Of a stretch of 64,000 nt of DNA, positions 9,891 to 19,523 are shown piece by piece. The DNA is from an uncultured bacterium. Lineage in GTDB: Bacteria; Acidobacteriota; HRBIN11; JAKEFK01. Location of the stretch: the NCBI GenBank assembly GCA_963777505.1, contig CAVZQN010000003.1, positions 192,001 to 256,000 of the forward strand. The letters run 5' to 3'. A program made the translations under genes and the position numbers. Each line of letters begins with the position of its first letter. Position 1 is the first letter of the stretch. The notes beneath the pieces are model-generated. The model had not been told where the DNA came from. It saw only the letters and a list, made by a program, of their open reading frames with translations, and did not search any database.

Positions 9891-11206
9891 ACAAAAAAGA
9901 ACTTGGACACGAAAGCCGGGTTCTCTTATACGCACTGCTAGCAGGCCTTCCAGGCTCTCTAGTCGCCCTCTATTACCTTTGGACGCAACCACATCCCGCT
10001 CGCGTTCAATGGACTCTTACACTCTTCATTACTCTGTTCTGGTTTGGTTTTGCTATTGCTCTTCGCGGTCGAATCGCTTATCCGTTGCAAACAATTTCAA
10101 ACCTTCTTGCGGCATTGCGCGAAGGTGACTATTCCATTCGCATGAAAAGGCCGAACGTTCATGATTCCCTTTACGATGTAATTCTGGAAGTCAATGAACT
10201 TGGTGAAACTCTTCGCGAACAACGCTTAGGAGCGCTTGAAGCAACCGCACTCTTGAGTACAGTCATGGGTCAGATTGAAGTCGTAATTTTTGCGTTCGAT
10301 CATAAGCAAGTTTTGAGACTTGTGAATCGCGCTGGTGAACGATTATTGGCACAGCCGGCAGAACGTCTGATTGGACGCACCGCTGAAGAACTTAATCTCG
10401 CAATATGTCTCGAAGGTAAAGCGCCACGAACACTCGAAATAATTTTTCCAGGCGGTGTTGGAAGATGGGAGATGCATCGCAGTACGTTCAGACAAGGTGG
10501 TCTGCCGCACGAACTGATCGTGCTTTCTGATCTGAGCCGCGCATTGCGTGAAGAAGAACGCCAGGCATGGCAAAGAATTATTCGGGTTCTTGGACATGAA
10601 TTGAATAATTCTCTGACTCCGATTAAATCGATTGCAGGAAGTCTGGAAAATATTCTGAGCAGTGATTCGCTTCCGCAAGATTGGAAAGATGATACAACAC
10701 GAGGTTTATCAGTCATTGCATCTCGCGCGGAAGCACTGAGTAATTTCATGCAATCATATGCAAATCTTGCAAGACTTCCGCAGCCGAAATTACAACCGAT
10801 GAATGCAGGGGATTGGATCCGTCACGTTGCCCGGCTTGAAACAAGAATGCCAGTTGAAGTCGAAGAAGGCCCATCTGTAACAATTCAAGGAGACCGCGAT
10901 CAACTGGAACAATTGCTCATTAACTTAGTCCGAAATGCAGTTGAAGCTTCTTCAGAAACCCGAGGAAGAGTTCGTGTTGGTTGGACACGATCCGCATCGC
11001 AATTGGAAGTGTTTGTGGATGATGAAGGACCTGGCATTGCAAATCCTGCAAATCTTTTTGTTCCATTTTTTACGACAAAGCCCGGTGGCTCTGGAATTGG
11101 TTTAGTGCTTTGCCGCCAGATTGCAGAAGCTCATGGCGGAAGGCTCGCGTTAGAAAATAGAACACCATTGCCCGGTGCTCGCGCTCGGCTCTTTCTGCCT
11201 TTGTGA
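9887..11206 (+). CDS. membrane sensor histidine kinase (NtrY-like), partner of the upstream regulator
   Basis: Two N-terminal TM segments, H-box HELNNSLTPI, N-box NLVRNA, DEGPG, FFTTKPGGSGIGL; ATGA-type overlap with the regulator. Confidence 0.93.
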   Translation: MNKKELGHESRVLLYALLAGLPGSLVALYYLWTQPHPARVQWTLTLFITLFWFGFAIALRGRIAYPLQTISNLLAALREGDYSIRMKRPNVHDSLYDVILEVNELGETLREQRLGALEATALLSTVMGQIEVVIFAFDHKQVLRLVNRAGERLLAQPAERLIGRTAEELNLAICLEGKAPRTLEIIFPGGVGRWEMHRSTFRQGGLPHELIVLSDLSRALREEERQAWQRIIRVLGHELNNSLTPIKSIAGSLENILSSDSLPQDWKDDTTRGLSVIASRAEALSNFMQSYANLARLPQPKLQPMNAGDWIRHVARLETRMPVEVEEGPSVTIQGDRDQLEQLLINLVRNAVEASSETRGRVRVGWTRSASQLEVFVDDEGPGIANPANLFVPFFTTKPGGSGIGLVLCRQIAEAHGGRLALENRTPLPGARARLFLPL

Positions 11207-11215
11207 CGGAACTCC

Positions 11216-11369
11216 TTTAACGCAGAGTACGCCGAGTTTTAATGAAATAAGAACTCACCACAAAGTCCCAGAGCTTCACAAAGTTCGTTGTGAAAACTTG
11301 GTGACTTAGTGTCTTTGTGGTTAATCTTCTGCTTGTTGATCGAAACTGCTCGGTGAACTCGGCGTTAAA
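11216..11369. repeat. nested inverted-repeat element of the 9-nt-periodic family, between convergent genes
   Basis: Outer arms tttaacgcagagtacgccgag / ctcggtgaactcggcgttaaa (3 mismatches); inner arms accacaaag (11257) / ctttgtggt (to 11321). Confidence 0.85.
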
Positions 11370-11378
11370 AAAGGCCTT

Positions 11379-14300
11379 TTAGTAGTCGCCCTGGAGGACG
11401 AAGCCGGCCCAGTAATAGGGTGACTTCCAGCGTGGATCATTCATCATTTTTATTTGAGCGCTTCGCAAAGCTTCAGGCGGCGACAATTGTGCTTTACCCA
11501 ACATCCCTTCGTAAAAAATTTGCATGAATTCGGCGGTCGCAACATCATCGACTTTCCAAAGACTTGCAACCACCCGCGCCGCGCCGGCATATAAAAATGC
11601 ACGCGCTAATCCAAGAATTCCTTCACCGCGAACTTGTTTCCCTAATGCTGTTCTGCAAGCACTTAATACAACCAGGTCTGCGCGAAGTTTCAGGTTAAAA
11701 ATATCGCCTGCCGAAACAAAGCCTTCCAGTGTTTCACCTTCTTCATTAAAGAGCGAAAGCACAATTCCTGATTGCTCAGGTAAGACTGTATTTAGAAAGC
11801 CATGTGTCGCCAAATGAATGTATTTGTAATTTTGTATTTCTGGATTCAGCATCATCTCCCGATTTGCTCGAAAATCAAGAGCTTCAAGACTTTCACCTGC
11901 AGGTACCAGCGATAAAATTGCGGTTGCTTCACGGCGCGTAAAGGGCAATCGTGTTAATGGCACTCCTTCCATCTTTAGCGATGCACGAGATAAGCCATTG
12001 TTTGTTTGCGTTGTAAATTCTTTTAAGCGTTCATCTTCACGTTCGAAGACTGGATCGGCAAAAATCGCGAGAGTTTTTGGCGGCTCTTCTCTTCGTATCA
12101 CTTCTTTTCGAAGTACTGCAAGAGTTGACGCGGAAGGCGTATTGATTACTTCATGTTCAGCACTCAAAAACAAATGTGATTCTGGATGAGGAAGCGCCGC
12201 AAAAGGAACAAACTGTAACGGCCCATCAGCCACAATGACAAGCCTGCGGTAGTTAAGCTTATCGGCAACCGGACCTAACAAAATTACGCTCAATTCGTAA
12301 GCGATGTTTTCGGCAGTTTTTTTATTTCCTGAGACGCGCATCGCGCGAGTTTGCTGAAATTCTGAAGATCCTTCAGATAACTTTTCGTATAAAGAGAATG
12401 CCAATTCTTCGATTGTTGCGCGTGGAGGCAACTCAGCACTTTTCATGCTGTTACGGGAAACTGCCCAAACAAAACTCCGTTCATCACCAAGCGAAAATTC
12501 TAACAATAGCGTTTGATCATCCAGAACACCTTCCTGGACACGCTTCAACGTCAGCGGAACAGGTTTCATAATTTCCGCATAATGCGGACTCGTTCTCCGG
12601 ATTCGTGCTTCAAGCTGTTCGTATTGTCTGTTGAGAGTTTCAATTTCCTCTCCCAGCTGGGCTGCTTCTTCGGGCCAATCACCGGAACTTAACAATCTCA
12701 TTTGACGATCTAAATGAGCATTTAAATCCTGTCGTACCATTCTCTCTTCAAGCAGCAATCCAGGCTCAACTCCACGCGTCAGATCCAACGAGGATTCCGC
12801 AAGAAGCTCCATCAAACCACGAGCTCTGGAGCGTTCGCTTACATGAAAAGCGCGTTGATCATATCCAACTGATGGTTCCGTTTGATGTAGTTCAAACAGG
12901 ATTGTTTGATAGAGCTCATAATATTTCCGCGCTGCACCAAAAAATGATGCGCGCAAATTCTGGCTCAAAACGCGAACACGCAAAGATTCAACAATTGTTA
13001 TGCATGAATCAATGTAATCAAGCGCCGAAACTTGTTGGCCTTGTGTCCGTTTTAATTGCGCTATATGAAATAGAGTCTCCGCTTCACCGGGCCGATCGCC
13101 AATCTGTCTTCGCAGTTGAAGCGCAAGTCCATACATTCGCGCTGCTTTTTGCAGCTCTCCATAACTCAAAAGATTTGTGCCCAGACTATCAAGAGATTCG
13201 GCTTCTGCCTGCCGGTCTTCAATTTTGCGGCACAGCTCAAGCGCTTCGTTATAATGATCAAACGCATTTTCGAAATGTTTCTGCTTCTGATAAACATTCC
13301 CCAGGTTGTTCAAAATATGCGCTTCTCCAGATTTCATTCCTTTGTTACGCACAATTTCAAGCGCTTGAAGATAATATTGCAGGGCCTGATTCAGGCTTCC
13401 GTTGTCTTCATACGATTTTCCAAGATTGTTAAGCGTAGCCGCTTCTCCGCCTTTATCTTTTGCTTCTCTTCGCAGCTGAAGTGAATGGATGTAGTAATCG
13501 AGAGCTTTATCAATATCGCCGAGTTCATGGTAAACAAGCCCAAGATTATTCAAGACTGTGCCTTCGCCTCGCCGGTCTCCTGAATCCCTTCGTATTTCTT
13601 CTGCACGCTTCAGGTAGTCAAGTGCTTTTTGCAAATCTCCCAGATCAACAAGAAGCATTGCAATGTTGTTGAGGGTTACAGCTTCCGAACGTGAATCAGC
13701 AGCCATCCGCTGCAATGGAAGCGCTTCGCTGTAATAGGAGATCGCTTTTTGATTTTCGCTGAGCGAACTGTATGCAAGACCAATTGTGCTTAACGTATTT
13801 CCCAGAGCTTTCCAATCCGCAGTTTCTTCCCATAACGGCACGCTGCGATCGTAATATTCCAGAGCTTTAGTCAGATCTCCGGTTCGATAGTAATAAACAC
13901 CAATGTTGTGAATCGATTCTGCCTCTCCGCGAACATCACCAATTTCTTGTCTCAGTTTTAAAGACTGCTGATAAAGTTCAAGGGCTTTCTTGTATTCACC
14001 GATGAACTCGTAGCCTATACCCATGGTATTTAAAGCTTCAGCAATGCCTTTCGAGTCATTTAACGATTGAAAAATCTGCAACGCTTGCGACGCATAAGAA
14101 ATGCTTTCTGATGACTTGCTCAAATAGTGGTAAGTTTCCGCAAGTTTCCAAAGACTTTTTCCTTCCAGATATAAATCACCACTTGTCTGACTGAGTTGAG
14201 CGGAGTTTGTTAATTTTATGATCGATTCGTGTAATTGATTTTCGGTGGGTTCGAGAAGCATAACTCCGGCTGAAGTCAGTTGTGCAAGCGCAGCTCCACG

Positions 14301-14741
14301 GAGAATATCGTTGGCCTCAGCAGGGCGTTGAGCTTCTAGAGTAATTACATAGGAACAATGATCTTGAATTTTTAAAGCAACGATCTGAGGATCAAATATT
14401 TTTGAAGCAGAAAGTTCGACTTGAATTGAATACTCTCCGGCACTTGAGCTCACAAATAAGATGCGTTCCATTCCAGCAGTACCTTCTGAGAGATTCAGTT
14501 CCATCAGTTGAATTTTTTCTGGAGAAAACAACGAAACGGTTACATCCAGACGTGACTCTGAAAAGGCGATGGATACAAAATCCTTTTCATTCATGTTGAA
14601 GGAATAAGTATGTGTTTCTCCAATTGTGATTTGCTGTTCGCGTCCTAAGGCTTCGTGCAAAGTTGTTGCGTACAAAGCTTGAGGAAGTTGAACGATTGAT
14701 AGGCTAATTACGCATAGAAACAGGAGGCTTTTCAAAAGCAT
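11379..14741 (-). CDS. secreted TPR-repeat CHAT (caspase HetF-associated) protease
   Basis: Signal peptide, PPC-like N-domain, about 10 TPRs (EA.TLNNLG.VY), CHAT dyad HLATHG and LSACRT, C-terminal PYYWAGF. Confidence 0.93.
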   Translation of the reverse strand: MLLKSLLFLCVISLSIVQLPQALYATTLHEALGREQQITIGETHTYSFNMNEKDFVSIAFSESRLDVTVSLFSPEKIQLMELNLSEGTAGMERILFVSSSAGEYSIQVELSASKIFDPQIVALKIQDHCSYVITLEAQRPAEANDILRGAALAQLTSAGVMLLEPTENQLHESIIKLTNSAQLSQTSGDLYLEGKSLWKLAETYHYLSKSSESISYASQALQIFQSLNDSKGIAEALNTMGIGYEFIGEYKKALELYQQSLKLRQEIGDVRGEAESIHNIGVYYYRTGDLTKALEYYDRSVPLWEETADWKALGNTLSTIGLAYSSLSENQKAISYYSEALPLQRMAADSRSEAVTLNNIAMLLVDLGDLQKALDYLKRAEEIRRDSGDRRGEGTVLNNLGLVYHELGDIDKALDYYIHSLQLRREAKDKGGEAATLNNLGKSYEDNGSLNQALQYYLQALEIVRNKGMKSGEAHILNNLGNVYQKQKHFENAFDHYNEALELCRKIEDRQAEAESLDSLGTNLLSYGELQKAARMYGLALQLRRQIGDRPGEAETLFHIAQLKRTQGQQVSALDYIDSCITIVESLRVRVLSQNLRASFFGAARKYYELYQTILFELHQTEPSVGYDQRAFHVSERSRARGLMELLAESSLDLTRGVEPGLLLEERMVRQDLNAHLDRQMRLLSSGDWPEEAAQLGEEIETLNRQYEQLEARIRRTSPHYAEIMKPVPLTLKRVQEGVLDDQTLLLEFSLGDERSFVWAVSRNSMKSAELPPRATIEELAFSLYEKLSEGSSEFQQTRAMRVSGNKKTAENIAYELSVILLGPVADKLNYRRLVIVADGPLQFVPFAALPHPESHLFLSAEHEVINTPSASTLAVLRKEVIRREEPPKTLAIFADPVFEREDERLKEFTTQTNNGLSRASLKMEGVPLTRLPFTRREATAILSLVPAGESLEALDFRANREMMLNPEIQNYKYIHLATHGFLNTVLPEQSGIVLSLFNEEGETLEGFVSAGDIFNLKLRADLVVLSACRTALGKQVRGEGILGLARAFLYAGAARVVASLWKVDDVATAEFMQIFYEGMLGKAQLSPPEALRSAQIKMMNDPRWKSPYYWAGFVLQGDY

Positions 14742-14831
14742 GCTAATACATATGTAGCGGACTGTGGCTCAACTTGCAAACAGGTATCTGAAATGTTTTT
14801 AGGTTTGTTCTCACCTAGATTGTGGTGAGAC

Positions 14832-15218
14832 GTGATCAAACGTATTGCGGATCAATTACGAAGACCCAACCGGATTGCGATTAAAACTGGACGTAGCATC
14901 CTATTTTTATCGCCGGAAGAGATCCATTGGATCGAGGCAAGTAAAACAAAAACCCTGTTTCATACAAAAGGTGGACGTTACCTGGTACATGAAGGGATTA
15001 GCAAGCTACAAGAAGATCTCGATCCCGAAAAGTTCGTAAGAATCAGCCGATCAACCATTGTAAATATTGACCAGATTCGAGAGCTTCAACCCTGGTTCCG
15101 TGGTGATAGTAGAGTCATTCTTCATGATGGCACCATCCTGATGTGGAGCCGTTTGTATGTCTCCCGCCTTCGAGAAATCTTAAATCAATCGTATTCCGGT
15201 CAGGAAGCAATGCGATAA
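14832..15218 (+). CDS. stand-alone LytTR DNA-binding domain protein
   Basis: RIAIKTGRSILFL, IHWIEA, LDPEKFVRISRSTIVN, ELQPWFRGD; no receiver domain. Confidence 0.88.
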   Translation: MIKRIADQLRRPNRIAIKTGRSILFLSPEEIHWIEASKTKTLFHTKGGRYLVHEGISKLQEDLDPEKFVRISRSTIVNIDQIRELQPWFRGDSRVILHDGTILMWSRLYVSRLREILNQSYSGQEAMR

Positions 15219-15284
15219 CTGCGCGCAGAATTTTCCTTCAACATTTCTTTCTCATGGCCCCTTCAGAAAAGAGAAGGGCGAAGT

Positions 15285-15314
15285 GTGGTCCGCCGGTTGG
15301 CGGACCACTTTTTT
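15285..15314 (+). terminator. rho-independent terminator after the LytTR gene
   Basis: Perfect 10-bp stem gtggtccgcc-ggtt-ggcggaccac followed by TTTTTT. Confidence 0.8.
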
Positions 15315-15360
15315 CATAATCACAAAGACGGATACCCACAAGCCGCCACTAAAAAGATTT

Positions 15361-15570
15361 ACCACGGAGTCACGGAGATCACGGAGTTAACTCCGTGTAA
15401 TTGGATCGTTGCCGATTTTCCGAAAGGCTGAGAATGGAGCCCAAAACAAACTTCCTTATAAACCAAGAATAGAACTTCCAATAGAGTCAGATTTGTTTTG
15501 GGCTCCATTCTCAGCCTAGTTCGCTACGCGAACGAAATCGGCAACGATCCAATCTTCGTGACTCCGTGGT
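15361..15570. repeat. compound cruciform (MITE/REPIN-like) element
   Basis: Three nested inverted repeats: accacggagtcacg / cgtgactccgtggt; 19-bp attggatcgttgccgattt (15400-15418, 15535-15553); 26-bp aggctgagaatggagcccaaaacaaa (15425-15450, 15492-15517). Confidence 0.9.
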
Positions 15571-15781
15571 GATTTCTTACTGCGAAACGAATGAATGCAT
15601 TCAAAACCATGGATTGAATGTCGAAGAAACGAATTCACAAACATAGATGTTTTTAGTTCTAAACGAAAAGGACTATTTCTGGAACGAAACGGCATCACCC
15701 TTAAAAAGTATTTCATTTTTCAGAATCGATAATTCATTCCACTTGCGGCAGTGTTCGACGACAAAACGCGCGATTTCATGC

Positions 15782-15797
15782 TGGCATGTCCATTGCT
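15782..15797 (+). promoter_or_regulatory. sigma-54 (-24/-12) promoter of the TonB-dependent receptor gene
   Basis: TGGCATGTCCATTGCT has GG-N10-GC and matches TGGCAC-N5-TTGCW, about 65 nt upstream of the ATG at 15864. Confidence 0.7.
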
Positions 15798-15863
15798 CCC
15801 ACTTAATTCGAAAGTCCCTCATTTATGCATGAAACATTAAACGAATTAACTCTAGGAGGAGCA

Positions 15864-18782
15864 ATGAAGCGATATTTCATTCTAGTCCTGGCTTTAACAC
15901 TTGCTTTTGCAGCGCCTGTTTTAGCGCAGGTTGCAACAAAAACAGGATCGATCTATGGAAAGATTCTGGATGATAAAGGTGTGGTATTGCCAGGTGTTCA
16001 GATTGTTTTGGAATCAGAAGCGCTTCCCACGCAAAGCGCACAATCAGGAGCGAGCGGTTCTTTCCGTTTTGCGAACCTGCCGCCAGGTCAATATTCAGTC
16101 AATTTTTCAATTGAAGGTTTCACTGAAGTCCGGCAGGAAGAAGTTCGCGTTAGTACCGGTTCACAGGTGCAGCTTGAAATTACAATGCGGCCATCGTTGG
16201 CTGAAGAATTTACAGTTATAGGTGAAACACCTGTTGTCGATACAAAGAAGACTGGAACATCCGATACATATTCGCGTGACTATCTTGAAGATGTGCCAAG
16301 TGCGCGTGATCCATGGACAATCATCGATCAAACTGTCGGGATCGATTCCGATCGTTACAATGTCGCCGGTTCTGAATCCGGGCAACAAGCTTCGTTCATT
16401 GCTCGTGGCGGTAACGATGACAATACAATTTGGAACTATGACGGTGTGAATGCAGGAGATCCGCAGGCTCTAGGTGGATCGCCAACATATTTCGATTTTG
16501 ATGCATTTGAAGAACTTCAAATTTCAACCGGTGGAAATGATATTTCAGTTCCAAGCGGCGGCGTTGTTGTAAACATTGTTACAAAACGCGGAAGCAATCG
16601 ATGGGAAGGAAGTGCATCTTATTTTTACGCAGGCGATAGTCTTCAGGGTGATAATACGCCTGATGAGCTAGCGGAAACTGGAGCTCAATCCAACCGTCTT
16701 GATGAAGTAAAAGATTATGGGTTTGATCTTGGCGGCCCAATCATCAAAGATAAGCTATTCGCATGGGGCGCATATAGAAAAAATGAAATAGGTTTGATCA
16801 CAACTGCGAATACTGTAGATTTCACCGAACTTGAAGATTTCAACTTCAAAATGAATATGAACTGGGCAACGGCTCATGAATCGCAGTTCGGTTATTTTAA
16901 AGGTGACAAATCAAAAACCGGTCGTGCAGCAATTTCAATTTCCGTTCAAGCGCCTGAAACACTTTGGGATCAGGCCGGAACCGACACGATTCTCCCCGGT
17001 ATTTGGACAGGTCAACATACCTGGATCCCGAATGATCACACAATCATAACAGGGCGCTACGGTTATATCGGTTTGGGATTCACGCTTGTACCGGCCGGCG
17101 GAAAAGATATACCGATGGTATACCTTGCCTCGATTCCGCGTTTTGAAGACACAATCTTCTATTCCAAACCGATCGATCGTCCTGCCCATGATTTTGTTGT
17201 TGATGCAAACTATTTCAAAGAAAACGTTATGGGCGCTGATCATGAATTCCGATTTGGATTTGAATATAAGAGATCCAATCTCCACACATTCAGCAGCTAT
17301 GGAAACGGCGTCTTTATTATCGATCGCGGCCAAACAACACCAGGTGGACCACTCACCAGCGGAACACTCTTTGCTCAACACTATATCGATGGCCGGATTC
17401 GGATGGAACGCACAAGCTTTTACATGAATGATACGCTCAGAAAGGATCGTTTCACTCTCAATCTTGGTGTGCGTTTTGATCAACAAAAAGGTGAAAATCT
17501 GGCTTCCACAATCCCAGGTGTTCCCGGTTTTGAAGATCTTGTTGCTCCGATTGAATTTAGCGGAAATAAACCTGAGACCACATTTAACGACATTTCTCCG
17601 CGGATCGGCGCAACCTACGATTTAACGGGTGATGGCAAAACTGTTATTCGTGGAAATTTTGCGCGCTACTATGATGTTTACAATTCCGCGTTCTCACGGT
17701 TTCAAAATCCAACATTTGTATACAATGGAGCGATTTTTGGTTTTACGAATCTAAATAATGATCGCACCATTACGCGTGATGAAATTACGGCCGGTCCCAT
17801 CTACTTTGGAGGTTTGTCAGGCCCGGTTTTTGATATCAATGCCTTTCTTGACAAACGAAGAGTCGATCCGGATCTGAAAAATTCCAACTCTTTCGAATAT
17901 ATTGTCGGTTTCGAACGGCAACTCGCGTCTGATCTTTCGATCGGAGTTACATATACACACAGAGACTATCGCGATACCACTGTTATTGTGCCATTCGGAG
18001 TTTCATCTGCTGACTTTGTTCCTGGTGGTTCTTTTACTGCAAACACAGTTCTTGGAACATTTAATGTTCCTTTCTCAACGTTTAGCGGTGAGCAAGATGG
18101 AACCACATTTCTCACGAATGTAGATGATTACAAAACGAGTTACAACGGTATCGATATAGCAATGCGCAAGCGCATGAGCAACAATTTCATGGTCAATGCA
18201 AGTGCAACAATCCAGAGACAAAAGGCGAATTATGATGGACCCGATGCCACCGCTTTCTATATCGGAGACGGCGGTTTAACAGGCACCGTATTTCCATTTG
18301 ATCCATCGAATTTGGGCTTCCTTGATGATGAGCCATATGCATTTGCTCCTGGTGGAAGCGGAAAATCTGGCGTATATCCTTATTCCGAATGGATGGTGAA
18401 ACTCAGCGGTGTTTATCAGTTCGGATGGGATTTTAATGTCGGTGCTTTCGCGCGCTATCAGCAGGGTTATCCATATGTATTGTTTGCTTCATTTACGGAT
18501 GATACTTTGGCCGGAGCCCTAGGAACAGATACACGGTTAATCCTGGTCGAACCTTTTGGAAGCCGCCGTTTCGAAAATATTTTCACACTGGATTTGCAGT
18601 TTGAAAAAGGATTCGAGTTTGGCAATTACGGACGATTAGCTTTTTCGGCGAATTTGTTTAATGTAACAAATACAAACACAGTAGTCCGCCGAAACAGAAA
18701 TCTTGCATCAGAAAATCTTAACCTGATTGATGAATTGATTTCGCCACGCGCTCTTCGTCTCGGCATCCGCTACAGTTTCTAA
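15864..18782 (+). CDS. TonB-dependent receptor, Oar-like (N-terminal carboxypeptidase-regulatory-like domain)
   Basis: AGGAGG RBS before ATG 15864, signal peptide, GSIYGKILD..G.VLPGV, plug GGVVVNIVTKRG, C-terminal PRALRLGIRYSF. Confidence 0.93.
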   Translation: MKRYFILVLALTLAFAAPVLAQVATKTGSIYGKILDDKGVVLPGVQIVLESEALPTQSAQSGASGSFRFANLPPGQYSVNFSIEGFTEVRQEEVRVSTGSQVQLEITMRPSLAEEFTVIGETPVVDTKKTGTSDTYSRDYLEDVPSARDPWTIIDQTVGIDSDRYNVAGSESGQQASFIARGGNDDNTIWNYDGVNAGDPQALGGSPTYFDFDAFEELQISTGGNDISVPSGGVVVNIVTKRGSNRWEGSASYFYAGDSLQGDNTPDELAETGAQSNRLDEVKDYGFDLGGPIIKDKLFAWGAYRKNEIGLITTANTVDFTELEDFNFKMNMNWATAHESQFGYFKGDKSKTGRAAISISVQAPETLWDQAGTDTILPGIWTGQHTWIPNDHTIITGRYGYIGLGFTLVPAGGKDIPMVYLASIPRFEDTIFYSKPIDRPAHDFVVDANYFKENVMGADHEFRFGFEYKRSNLHTFSSYGNGVFIIDRGQTTPGGPLTSGTLFAQHYIDGRIRMERTSFYMNDTLRKDRFTLNLGVRFDQQKGENLASTIPGVPGFEDLVAPIEFSGNKPETTFNDISPRIGATYDLTGDGKTVIRGNFARYYDVYNSAFSRFQNPTFVYNGAIFGFTNLNNDRTITRDEITAGPIYFGGLSGPVFDINAFLDKRRVDPDLKNSNSFEYIVGFERQLASDLSIGVTYTHRDYRDTTVIVPFGVSSADFVPGGSFTANTVLGTFNVPFSTFSGEQDGTTFLTNVDDYKTSYNGIDIAMRKRMSNNFMVNASATIQRQKANYDGPDATAFYIGDGGLTGTVFPFDPSNLGFLDDEPYAFAPGGSGKSGVYPYSEWMVKLSGVYQFGWDFNVGAFARYQQGYPYVLFASFTDDTLAGALGTDTRLILVEPFGSRRFENIFTLDLQFEKGFEFGNYGRLAFSANLFNVTNTNTVVRRNRNLASENLNLIDELISPRALRLGIRYSF

Positions 18783-18795
18783 AGTTTATTTTTTT

Positions 18796-18834
18796 ACCAC
18801 AGAGACACGGAGATCATCTCCGTGTCTTCGTGGT
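18796..18834. repeat. 9-nt-periodic inverted repeat, likely also a bidirectional terminator
   Basis: accacagagacacggagat-c-atctccgtgtcttcgtggt between convergent genes. Confidence 0.85.
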
Positions 18835-18848
18835 GATCTTGGATTTTT

Positions 18849-19247
18849 CTAGCTTGGTTGCTGCTCCATGTGAAAGACTTCCCATAGATGGCCATCTAAA
18901 TCCTGGAAACCATGTTGATACATGAATCCATAGTCTTTTGCCTTATTCGGAGTTGTTGCACCGGCTTCAACTGCTTTGCTCACAAACTCATCGACTTTTT
19001 GCCTGCCATCGGTTGATAAAGTAACGATTACTTCTGAGTATTTTGTTGCGTCACAAAGCTCTTTTGGTGTGAAAGTTTTGAAAAAGCTTTCAACCAGCAA
19101 CATCACGAATATGTTGTCTCCGACGATCATGCATGTAGCATTCTCGTCAGTAAATTGTGGATTAAACTCAAAGCCAAGTTTGCTAAAGAATTCCACAGAC
19201 CTCTTTAGATCCTTAACGGGTAAATTTACGAAAATTTGTTTAGCCAT
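18849..19247 (-). CDS. VOC/glyoxalase family protein
   Basis: IFVNLPVKDL, FNPQFTDENA, FQDLDGHLWE. Confidence 0.93.
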   Translation of the reverse strand: MAKQIFVNLPVKDLKRSVEFFSKLGFEFNPQFTDENATCMIVGDNIFVMLLVESFFKTFTPKELCDATKYSEVIVTLSTDGRQKVDEFVSKAVEAGATTPNKAKDYGFMYQHGFQDLDGHLWEVFHMEQQPS

Positions 19248-19437
19248 ATTCTTTCCTTTCTTCTAAATTAAGTGCTACATCAAATAATCGTTCGGATTCA
19301 TATAAAATCGACACTTGTTGATTCATTCAATCGATAAAGAATTAACCGTCGGTCAAGAAACAGTGATGGTTGATTCCCAAAAAAAACGTGTTCTTGTTGC
19401 CGATGCTGCCGGGCTACCAAATTGTAAAGGAAAATAG

Positions 19438-19477
19438 AACCACAAAGACGCAAAGTTTGCTCAGCGTCTTTGCGGTA
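19438..19477. repeat. 9-nt-periodic inverted repeat
   Basis: aaccacaaagacgc ... gcgtctttgcggta. Confidence 0.8.
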
Positions 19478-19523
19478 AAAATGCCGCTAGGAGAAAGCGA
19501 AATTCTTTGATATTGATTATTGA

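Noticed and set aside
11216-11369. AAC...GTT-bounded hairpins as integron attC sites
   Set aside because: The ends do not consistently fit RYYYAAC/GTTRRRY, they lie between convergent or divergent genes rather than in a cassette array, and no integrase is present.
15220-15315. Two hairpins after the LytTR gene as a riboswitch or ncRNA
   Set aside because: No recognisable aptamer motif; a simple intrinsic terminator explains the sequence.
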